DNA from: a virus
Length of the DNA stretch: 64,000 nucleotides
Strand: one strand, 5' to 3'
Virus record (IMG/VR): IMGVR_UViG_3300023184_000046
Coordinates: 32,001-96,000 of that record
Under the pieces are notes generated by a model. It searched no databases. It worked only from the letters and a program-made list of their open reading frames with translations, and had not been told where the DNA came from. Shown here one piece after another: positions 50,366 to 58,671 of this stretch. How positions within the stretch are numbered: position 1 is the first letter of the stretch; each line of letters starts with the position of its first letter. Both the position numbers and the translations under genes were made by a program.

Positions 50366-51610
50366 CTAGGCTAATCCCGCACCCTTCAACAACTCCCGAA
50401 TTTTAGCCCTTTCGGATTCCTTAGAACCATCATCTGTAAAATGGTTCACGATAGAAAATTCCAAACTGCTATTCCCGATTACTGCAAGCTTGGAAGCTGC
50501 GTTTTCCAGCAATCTGGTACTTAAGCTTTTGGTGTAAACTTCGCAAGCTTTATGTTTTGCACGAACTGTTCGGGCAATCATTGCAAGCTTATCTGACCTT
50601 GCAGCATCTAGGCCATGCTTACGCTGCAATAGCAAGCTTTCATCCTTTTCATCGAGATAATCGACTTCGATTATATCGGAGAACCGATCACTAATTGCAC
50701 CATCCATTTGATCTGTTCCCGTGAATTGCGATCCTTCATTCATCGTAGCAAAGAATGTAACTCCCGCTGCAACTGTGATAAACTCGCCAGTATCATCGAG
50801 AAAAGTTTGCCCCCTTGAATCTGCCATGGGAAGAAAAGTATTCATTGCCATTGGACTAAGGCGGTTGATTTCATCCAAGATGACTACCATCCTTGGCACT
50901 CTAATAGCGTTTACAAATTGGGAATAAATCCATCGTATTCCCTTGTCATCCGCTGTTTTGAAACCAAACAAATCTTTGGCTTCACGCAAGGTAGGGCAAT
51001 CAATTATTACTGCTGGTCTTTTTGCCTTGGCAGCAAATTGTAAGGCCAGCATTGTTTTCCCGCATCCAGCAGGGCCGACCAAACGAATCTTTGCACTAGG
51101 TTTACCCGCTGCGAAATCCCTGCGAGATAACTTTTCAATCCCATTCAAATATTCCTTCAACTTTGGGTTGAAGGTAAAGTGGGGATCAATTGTTGGTATT
51201 GGAACTGGTGCAACTACTGGTGCAACCTTGGGAACAACTGGTGCTGGTGCTGGTTTAACTGCAACTGGTGCTGATTCCAATTCAGCATCTTTTGGCACTT
51301 CATAACCATCATCTAGGCCATCATCGTATTCACTCATACTCTCAATATCCTCCATAAAGTTTTCTTCTTCAACTGGTGCAACTGGAACAACAACTACTGG
51401 TTTAACTGGTGCTACTGGTGTTTCACCAGCTTTAACTGCTTCCTTATACTGATGTCTTACTGCTGACCACTCAGCCTTTGTGATTTCGATACAAGCATCT
51501 TGGCAAGTCTTATGACAAGCTTCAAAGCTTGCCAAACCCTTTGAGTTTACCATTACTTCCCTAAGTAATTTGTACTTTTCGCTTCTTGCTTCACGGCTGA
51601 AAAAACTCAT
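50366..51610 (-). CDS. MoxR/CbbQ/NirQ-type AAA+ ATPase, copy 1
   Basis: Walker A GPAGCGKT, Walker B ILDEINR, ATMN, DRF, STRLL; start MSFFSRE with AGGAG SD. Confidence 0.9.
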   Translation of the reverse strand: MSFFSREARSEKYKLLREVMVNSKGLASFEACHKTCQDACIEITKAEWSAVRHQYKEAVKAGETPVAPVKPVVVVPVAPVEEENFMEDIESMSEYDDGLDDGYEVPKDAELESAPVAVKPAPAPVVPKVAPVVAPVPIPTIDPHFTFNPKLKEYLNGIEKLSRRDFAAGKPSAKIRLVGPAGCGKTMLALQFAAKAKRPAVIIDCPTLREAKDLFGFKTADDKGIRWIYSQFVNAIRVPRMVVILDEINRLSPMAMNTFLPMADSRGQTFLDDTGEFITVAAGVTFFATMNEGSQFTGTDQMDGAISDRFSDIIEVDYLDEKDESLLLQRKHGLDAARSDKLAMIARTVRAKHKACEVYTKSLSTRLLENAASKLAVIGNSSLEFSIVNHFTDDGSKESERAKIRELLKGAGLA

Positions 51611-51689
51611 AATCAAACTCCTAAATTTAAAAAAAACAACAAAAAACCACATGGCAACAAAACCCTGTGGTGTGATAAGCTTATTGGTA

Positions 51690-51718
51690 TATCGGTTTGA
51701 AACTCGATCCATTTTCAA
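51690..51718 (-). promoter_or_regulatory. TTGAAA-N17-CCGATA promoter, copy 3
   Basis: Upstream of MoxR copy 1. Confidence 0.75.
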
Positions 51719-51742
51719 CTATTTTTTTTTATTTTGAAAATA

Positions 51743-51973
51743 TTAATTTTCATCATCATCTTCACAATTAAAAGGCAGTTTACCAAGGTATAACTTATAC
51801 CCTGCCTTTAATAATGTTTCTTTCACTTCCTCATTAGTTCCGAATATGTGTGCCTTATTATTGTTTTTATCAAAATACACGGCTTCAACGATATCATCCG
51901 TGAAAAACATTGGCAATCCTAGTGCTTTAACATCGAAACCCATTACATCTGGCATCAAATCAAATGTTTCCAT
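51743..51973 (-). CDS. Small hypothetical protein
   Basis: 76-aa ORF with AAGGT SD, own promoter. Confidence 0.6.
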   Translation of the reverse strand: METFDLMPDVMGFDVKALGLPMFFTDDIVEAVYFDKNNNKAHIFGTNEEVKETLLKAGYKLYLGKLPFNCEDDDEN

Positions 51974-52020
51974 GACATAACCTTTCAGTTAAATAAAGGG
52001 GCAACAAATTACTATTGTTG

Positions 52021-52049
52021 TATCGGTTTAAATTTTGATCCATTTTCAA
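52021..52049 (-). promoter_or_regulatory. TTGAAA-N17-CCGATA promoter, copy 4
   Basis: Same spacing. Confidence 0.75.
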
Positions 52050-52108
52050 CTATTTTTTTTTATTTTAAAAGTATTTTAAGATTACAAAGTTTATAACCTT
52101 ACATTTCT

Positions 52109-52720
52109 TATTGTACGGATGTACTTTAGGATAAGCTTATTTCCTATTGTGCGGATGTACTTTAGGATAAGCTTATTTCCTATTGTGCGGATGTACTTGC
52201 AGGCGGATGTAATTATAAAAAAATAAGTTTACAAGTACATCCGTATAATAAGTTTATAAGTACATCCGTGCAATAAGTTTATAAGTACATCCGTGCAATA
52301 AGTTATTAAGTTGAATTGTTTTAAGTACATCCGTGCAATAAGGAAAAGCTTATTTTGTTTTATTTCGTATTGCACGGATGTACTTAATAAAGTTTAAGGT
52401 CACAAATTGTGACCTTAAGTACATCCGTCCAATGGGAAATAAGTTTATAGTTTATAATTCTTAAGTACATCCGTGCAATGGGACACAATTCTGGGACATA
52501 AATTATTTTGTAAGTACATCTGTGCAATAGGAAATAAGTTTATAGTTTATGATTCTTAAGTACATCCGTGCAATCGGAAATCTTAAGTACATCTGTGCAA
52601 TAGGAAATAAGTTTATGGTTTATGATTCTTAAGTACATCCGTGCAATGTGAAATAAGTTTATATTTATAATTCTTAAGTACATCCGTGCAATGTGAAATA
52701 AGTTTATGATAATAAGTTTA
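52109..52720. repeat. ~14 copies of AAGTACATCCGTGCAATA-like motif in both orientations
   Basis: Reverse copies ~52109, 52145, 52181, 52368; forward ~52233-52340 and ~52417-52695. Confidence 0.9.
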
Positions 52721-52899
52721 TAAACTTGGTAAACTTTATTAATAAGTTTAATTAAATTGATTTTAATGTTTAGTAATTAAGTAATCTTTATTATTAGTTT
52801 GAATTAAAAGATCGCATTAGATTGCGTTTTAAAGAACTTTGTTTATTGGTTGAGTCTTTAGTCGTCTTTAGTATAGATCGTTAATTTTAAGCTTATCCT

Positions 52900-53342
52900 G
52901 TTACGCCTTAACCTGCTGGGCGTTAACCTGCTGTGCCTGCTACGCCTTAACCTGCTGGGCGTTGAACCTACCTGAACCTGCTGTGCCTTAACCTGCTGGC
53001 TGGGCGTTGAACCTGCTGGGCGTTGAACCTGCTGTGCCTGCTACGCCTTAACCTGCTACGCCTTAACCTGCTGGGCGTTGAACCTGCTGGCGTTGAACCT
53101 GCTGTGCCTGCTACGCCTTAACCTGCTGGCGTTGAACCTGCTGTGCCTGCTACGCCTTAACCTGCTACGCCTTAACCTGCTGGGCGTTGAACCTGCTGTG
53201 TCTGCTACGCCTTAACCTGCTACGCCTTAACCTGCTACGCCTTAACCTGCTGGGCGTTGAACCTGCTGGCGTTGAACCTGCCTGAACCTGCTACGCCTGA
53301 ACCTGCTGGCGTTGAACCTACCTGAACCTGCTATGCCTGAAC
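52900..53342 (+). repeat. GC-rich mosaic repeat of AACCTGCT + (GGGCGTTG | ACGCCTT | GTGCCTGCT)
   Basis: Directly visible; no long ORF. Confidence 0.9.
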
Positions 53343-53376
53343 ACTACTAAAAAGAGACAATGATTGTATTAAATAG

Positions 53377-53458
53377 TGCTGATATGGAATTGCTGATATG
53401 TGATGCTGATATGGAAGATGCTGATATGCGGTTGATGATATGCAAGATGCTGATATGT
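53377..53458 (+). repeat. 6 x TG(C/A)TGATATG array
   Basis: Copies at ~53377, 53391, 53404, 53419, 53433, 53448. Confidence 0.85.
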
Positions 53459-53463
53459 AAACG

Positions 53464-53501
53464 AAAAAATACCCCATACCATTTTATTGGCATGGGGTAT
53501 T
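53464..53501 (-). terminator. Intrinsic terminator
   Basis: AATACCCCATACCA/TGGCATGGGGTATT stem plus T-run. Confidence 0.8.
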
Positions 53502-53511
53502 AAGTTTAAAA

Positions 53512-55314
53512 TCAAGATGTAATTAGTTTTTTGATCTCTCGGCAAAGCAAAGGTAAAGAACTAATTGTATCCTTTAGGATTACATAATTTCCCGAACCGT
53601 AAAGAGAAGTGCCAACGGAATTGTCAAAGGCGTTTTGAATGCCAATTCCAAAAACATTAATCTTTCTTTCGGTAGACTGTTTCACGCATTTAGCCGTGTG
53701 TCTAATACCATTGTTTCCCGCATAGCAGATTGCTGCTGGTTGACCATCTGAGATGACAAACAGGTGGTGTACGCTGTTTGCATTTGCAGGATTGGTTTCC
53801 AACATTCTCTCTGATATAAATCGGACAGCAAATCCATCTGCATTGTTTGACAATGCTTGTGCATTTGCTAGTCCAATGGTATTATCAGCACCCTTCTGAT
53901 AATAAGGAATCATCTCTAGTGTGTTACCTTCGCCACGATCTGCGGAGTGTCCATAAACTACTAGGTCGATTCCTTTTATGCTTTTTATAGCTTCCACTAA
54001 AGCAAGGCAAACTGTAGAAGCATCTTTTATCTTACTTCCACACATACTGCCTGATTGGTCTAGTAAAATTCCAATGGTATATTTCTTACCCTTGGGGATT
54101 TCCTTTTCTTCAAACAGGCGAATCTTTTCACCCATATGAAATTTGTGTAAACCGTTGATATCAAGATCACCGACTGTCTTGCCAAAATTTGGTCTAGACA
54201 AGTGAACCGATTTAAAAGCAAACGATTGTTTTATAGCTTCAATCATTCTGCGATTGGTAATCATAAAACTACGATAAGTTTCCTTGTCTCTATTTGTTGG
54301 TTTAAACTTATGAACCCTTACTTTTATTTTTGCAGGGTCATAAGCTTCAGCGGATGAGGGAATATCTTTTGGAGTATCGTTGTTTGCCTTTAGATCCTGA
54401 AAACCTTGTGGGCTTGCAGAATTATCAGGTCGTTCAATAATTCTATCTCCAATGTTTTTAGAATCTCTTAAAGGCTTTTTACCTTCAGGATTTTCACCTT
54501 CACCTTCACCTTCACCTTCACCTTCACCTTCACCTTCACCTTCACCTTCACCTTCACCTTCACCTTCAGGTGCTTCAGGCGTTTCATCTTCACCTTCTGG
54601 CGTTTCAGGTGTTTCAGGCGTTTCATCTTCTACTTCTGTAATCCTAGAAGCGATTTCATCGTAGATTCTTTTTGAGATTTTTAACCTCTCGTTTTTTGCC
54701 GTTGGCTTTTTAAATTCTTCAGCTACATGATCGAGAATCTTTTCAAAATCTTCAAAGTGTTCGCCAAGGCCAGTATCACCAAAATCAATGTTAGAATTTG
54801 GTAGTGTCCATTTTTCGATTATGGATTCTACCTTTTCTTCCATTCTAGATTCTTTGGTAACTGAAATATCCTGACCAATAGAATCTTTAAAAGATTCAAT
54901 CTCAGGTGCAAAGCCTGACCATTTTTCTTTAACACTATCAATTGCATTTTTAGCAGATACACCATTAAAGATTGTTTTTATCTCAGGTGTAGCTAACTCA
55001 GTAGATTCTTCTGAAAATCCACTAAGCGTCATTCGTTCATGTTGCGTAGTGGTTTTGAGTAATTCTTGTCTAGTCAAGATTCTACCCTTTTCCTCAGATA
55101 AAGCTTTATCATTAAGAACCAAGCTTCCATCTTCTGCTGTAAACTTAGATAGATCAGCAACTAAATCTGTACGATCTGTTGTAGATTTAAATCCAACCGA
55201 CAAGGTTTTCTCTTTATCACCCTCGCAACCATTTGATAAAAGGTTTGCGGTTTTGGTCAATTCTGCCAAAATTTCTTGTCCGATTACGATGCTTTCTTTA
55301 GTCTTAGTATTCAT
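53512..55314 (-). CDS. vWA-domain protein (CobT/NorD-like), copy 2
   Basis: LLDQSGSM, YGHS, NNADG, VISDGQP; (EG)n linker; start MNTKTK with GAGG SD. Confidence 0.85.
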   Translation of the reverse strand: MNTKTKESIVIGQEILAELTKTANLLSNGCEGDKEKTLSVGFKSTTDRTDLVADLSKFTAEDGSLVLNDKALSEEKGRILTRQELLKTTTQHERMTLSGFSEESTELATPEIKTIFNGVSAKNAIDSVKEKWSGFAPEIESFKDSIGQDISVTKESRMEEKVESIIEKWTLPNSNIDFGDTGLGEHFEDFEKILDHVAEEFKKPTAKNERLKISKRIYDEIASRITEVEDETPETPETPEGEDETPEAPEGEGEGEGEGEGEGEGEGEGEGEGENPEGKKPLRDSKNIGDRIIERPDNSASPQGFQDLKANNDTPKDIPSSAEAYDPAKIKVRVHKFKPTNRDKETYRSFMITNRRMIEAIKQSFAFKSVHLSRPNFGKTVGDLDINGLHKFHMGEKIRLFEEKEIPKGKKYTIGILLDQSGSMCGSKIKDASTVCLALVEAIKSIKGIDLVVYGHSADRGEGNTLEMIPYYQKGADNTIGLANAQALSNNADGFAVRFISERMLETNPANANSVHHLFVISDGQPAAICYAGNNGIRHTAKCVKQSTERKINVFGIGIQNAFDNSVGTSLYGSGNYVILKDTISSLPLLCREIKKLITS

Positions 55315-55378
55315 ATTATCCTCATTTGAAAAAAGTAAAAAGGTAAAGCCCCACCACATTGGCAGGGCTTTGAAACAA

Positions 55379-56569
55379 CTACTCTGAAAGTCCTGAACCC
55401 TTAAGCAATTCCCGAATTTTTGATCTTTCCGAATCTTTGCTACCATCGTCAACAAAATGGCTAACAAGAGAATACTCAAGAGAACAAGCACCAATTTTAG
55501 CAAGCTTTTTAGCTGCGTTTTCCAGCAATCTGGTGCTTATGCTTTTAGTATAAACTTCACTAGCCATAAATTTAGCCCTGACCGTTTTTGCAACCAATGC
55601 AAGCTTATCCGATCTAATTTTATCAAGACCATGTTTTCTTTGCAGGAGCAAACTTTCATCAGGTTCTGATAAATAATTGATAGGAATCAAATCACAAAAT
55701 CTATCGCATAAAGCGGAGTCCATTTGATCCGTTCCAGTAAACTGCGATCCTTCATTGCAGGTACTGAAAATCGTCACGCCTGCTGCAACCTTTATTTCCT
55801 CTTTGCTTTCGTCAAGATATGTTTCACCCCTAGAATCTAGCAAAGGCAATAAAGTATTCATGGTCATAGGGGATAATCTGTTTATTTCATCCATTACGAT
55901 TACCATGCGGGGTATTCGTATTGCATTGACGAATAAACTATTAACCCATTTAAGACCATCTTTATCTACTGTTTTATTACCGAATAAACTTAGCCCTTCT
56001 CTAAGTGTCATGCAGTCGATTATGACACATGGGCGTTTGGTTTTAGCTGCAAACTGAATTGCCATGCTGGTTTTACCACAACCTTGATGGCCAACCAACC
56101 TGATAGCTGCACTAGGTTTGCCTGCTGCAAAGTCATCTCTCGACATTTGTTCAATGCCATTGAGATAATTTTTAAGATTGGTATCAAAGGTAAAATGAGG
56201 GTCAATCTGGTGCATAAATTTAGCTTTAACCCACTCAGGGTATTCTGCTTTTTTAGGTGCAGGTGCAGGAACAAATTCTTCCATTTCAGGTTCATCCATA
56301 GGTTCAGGTTCTTCCATTACAGGAGCAGGAGCAGGTTCTTCCATTACAGGTATTGGTGCAGGTGCAGGTATTGGTGTTTCACCTGCTGCGATAGCATTTT
56401 TATACTGGTGTTTGATAGCACTCCAGTCTGCCTTAGATACTACAATGCCAACTGCTGCCAATGATTTATGGCAATGTTCAAAAGATGCTTCACCTTTAGT
56501 ATTAACGAATATTTCCCTAAGTAAACGATACTTAGTAGTCCTAGCTTCTCTGCTGAAAAAATTACTCAT
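55379..56569 (-). CDS. MoxR/CbbQ/NirQ-type AAA+ ATPase, copy 2
   Basis: GHQGCGKT, VMDEINR, STCN, DRF, STRLL; start MSNFFSRE. Confidence 0.9.
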   Translation of the reverse strand: MSNFFSREARTTKYRLLREIFVNTKGEASFEHCHKSLAAVGIVVSKADWSAIKHQYKNAIAAGETPIPAPAPIPVMEEPAPAPVMEEPEPMDEPEMEEFVPAPAPKKAEYPEWVKAKFMHQIDPHFTFDTNLKNYLNGIEQMSRDDFAAGKPSAAIRLVGHQGCGKTSMAIQFAAKTKRPCVIIDCMTLREGLSLFGNKTVDKDGLKWVNSLFVNAIRIPRMVIVMDEINRLSPMTMNTLLPLLDSRGETYLDESKEEIKVAAGVTIFSTCNEGSQFTGTDQMDSALCDRFCDLIPINYLSEPDESLLLQRKHGLDKIRSDKLALVAKTVRAKFMASEVYTKSISTRLLENAAKKLAKIGACSLEYSLVSHFVDDGSKDSERSKIRELLKGSGLSE

Positions 56570-56600
56570 CGTTTCTAATCCTTCTAAGACATGAGACATG

Positions 56601-56711
56601 ACTATCAATTAATCTGCCGTTTCTAATCGGCATGAAAACTAACTGATATTAAAATCTATACTATCAATTAATCTGTCATTTGCAATCGGCATGAAAACTA
56701 ATTGATATTAA
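56601..56711. repeat. Tandem pair of ~52-bp hairpin-forming repeats in MoxR2 leader
   Basis: ACTATCAATTAATCTG....CGGCATGAAAACTAA(C/T)TGATATTAA at 56601 and 56660. Confidence 0.8.
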
Positions 56712-56713
56712 CC

Positions 56714-56742
56714 TATCGGTTTGAAACCTCACCCATTTTCAA
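56714..56742 (-). promoter_or_regulatory. TTGAAA-N17-CCGATA promoter, copy 5
   Basis: Upstream of MoxR copy 2. Confidence 0.75.
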
Positions 56743-56799
56743 CTATTTTTTTTTATTTTGAAAATATTTTAACATTACAAAGTTTATAAACTTACATTT

Positions 56800-57090
56800 C
56801 CTATTGCACGGATGTACTTGATAATCATAAACTATAAGTTTATTTCCTATTGCACGGATGTACTTGATAATCATAAACCATAAGTTTATTTCCTATTGTG
56901 CGGATGTACTTAAAATTTCCCGTTGTCCCATTGCCCGTTGTCCCATTGCACGGATGTACTTAATATTTAAATAAATAAATTCAGTTAAAGTTATAAGTAC
57001 ATCCGTGCAGTAAATTTATAAGTACATCCGTGCAATAAAATTATAAGTACATCCGTGCAATAAGTTTATAAACTTATAAGTTTATAAGTT
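56800..57090. repeat. 7 copies of the 18-bp motif (4 reverse then 3 forward) plus TAAGTTTA/TAAACTTA palindromes
   Basis: Directly visible. Confidence 0.9.
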
Positions 57091-57144
57091 TATATTTTAT
57101 AAACTTATAATGTTTTTTCAGGCGGAGATTTGAACTTATAAAAA

Positions 57145-57684
57145 TTATTTTTTCTTAAAGGTAATAGGAAGCTTACAGGCAGGACATCTATAAGTAAAAA
57201 TTTTCGCTGGTTTCTTATAACGATAGAACTTTTTATTACAGCACTCAGCAACTAATGGTGCATCATTGTGAAAATCATCACTTACAGACTTGCAACGGTT
57301 TGGTTTTGCTCCAATTTTAACACACATAGATTTCCAAACATTATCATGCCAGTGATTTGGGCCAACAAGGGCGTGAGCTACTTCGTGCAAAATTGTGTCA
57401 ATGATTTCACATTCTTTATCTAAATCTAAGTGGCGTTTAGAAAGTGTAATTGTTTTTTTGTTATATTTACAGCAACCTAGTCTACTTCTGGCATTATCAA
57501 TTACAAGATTCCATTCTTCCAATCCATGATCATTCATAATTTCTCTTGCTTTTTTAGACATACTTTTTCTTTTTATGGCATTTTTCCAAGTAGAACTAAT
57601 GTTTAACAATGATTTTGCCAAGTTTAATGTCTTTTCAATGATTAGTTTTATTGCGTCAATGTTTTTGCTCCTTAGTATTAACAC
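57145..57684 (-). CDS. SprT-like zinc metalloprotease (start uncertain)
   Basis: RLGCC, ITLS, DTILHEVAHAL, HDNVWK..C..IG, C-terminal CC/CPAC. Confidence 0.85.
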   Translation of the reverse strand: MLILRSKNIDAIKLIIEKTLNLAKSLLNISSTWKNAIKRKSMSKKAREIMNDHGLEEWNLVIDNARSRLGCCKYNKKTITLSKRHLDLDKECEIIDTILHEVAHALVGPNHWHDNVWKSMCVKIGAKPNRCKSVSDDFHNDAPLVAECCNKKFYRYKKPAKIFTYRCPACKLPITFKKK

Positions 57685-58151
57685 TTACTTTTTGTTTTAC
57701 TACTTATTATTCGTTGGCATTTAAAAAGATTTCACAAAATTATTTTAATTTATTAGGTAGTATAACCATTTTCTTGATTCCACGAAAATGGTCGATGTCG
57801 GTAAAACATTTTGGCGTACAGGAGTTGATTGATATTATCATAATCTTATAAGATTATTTTATTAGGAATTCCAGGTCGCACTGGAGCTACCGTTAGACTG
57901 GAGGAGCATAGCAGGAGCAGGATCAGGGACTCGTGGCGTATTGGGACTCGTGCGTCAGAAGTTAAATTATAAACTTATAAGTTTATAAGTTTATAAGTTT
58001 ATTTTAATGGTTTAACTGGTGCTACAGGTTCAACTGGAGCTACAGGTGAGACTGGACATACTGGAGACAGGTTAGACAGGTGAGACTGGTGCAACTGGTA
58101 CTACTGGAGCTACGGGACAAACAGGATCAGATAATTTTATAAGATTATGCC

Positions 58152-58253
58152 TGCTGATATGCGGTGATGATATGTGGTGATGATATGTAGCTGCTGATAT
58201 GGAAGGTGCTGATATGGAAGGTTTTTTAATTTTTAAAAGGTTTAATGATATGG
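58152..58253 (+). repeat. 5-6 x TG(C/A)TGATATG array
   Basis: Copies at ~58152, 58165, 58178, 58192, 58207 and partial ~58246. Confidence 0.85.
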
Positions 58254-58287
58254 AAAAAGCTCACTTGTATAAACAAGCGAGCTTTTT
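58254..58287 (-). terminator. Intrinsic terminator (possibly bidirectional)
   Basis: AAAAAGCTCACTTGT/ACAAGCGAGCTTTTT. Confidence 0.8.
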
Positions 58288-58304
58288 GATTAGTGTAAGA
58301 TATG

Positions 58305-58580
58305 TTATTCAAACATTTTTATAATTTCTGGTTGAGAATCAATTAACTTTCCTTCTTTATCTGCAAGGACAAGGTATGAGTAGGCAATGCTTGATCTTTT
58401 CACAAGGCAATCGCCATCAATCACAACATAAACATTAACTCTGTAATGATTACCAAAGACATTAATTGCTTTGGCCTTCATAAAGTTAGGCGGTGTGCCT
58501 AACTGTTTCATTACTGCTACTTCTACTCTTTCACAGACATCTGTTTTCACAGACACAGGCATTTCAGTTGTTGTTGACAT
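58305..58580 (-). CDS. Hypothetical protein
   Basis: GGAGG SD; LGTPPN...HYRVNVY...SYLV.AD.EG. Confidence 0.7.
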   Translation of the reverse strand: MSTTTEMPVSVKTDVCERVEVAVMKQLGTPPNFMKAKAINVFGNHYRVNVYVVIDGDCLVKRSSIAYSYLVLADKEGKLIDSQPEIIKMFE

Positions 58581-58637
58581 TCTACTATCCTCCTTTGAAA
58601 AGGTTCTAACATTATTTATCCTTCACACCTATTACTA

Positions 58638-58666
58638 TATCGGTAAAAATTATAACAAAGTTTCAA
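58638..58666 (-). promoter_or_regulatory. TTGAAA-N17-CCGATA promoter, copy 6
   Basis: Same spacing, different spacer sequence. Confidence 0.75.
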
Positions 58667-58671
58667 CTTTT

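Noticed and set aside
46746-57090. CRISPR array interpretation of the 18-27 bp repeats
   Set aside because: Spacers are absent, short or themselves repeated, orientation is mixed, and no cas genes are in the window
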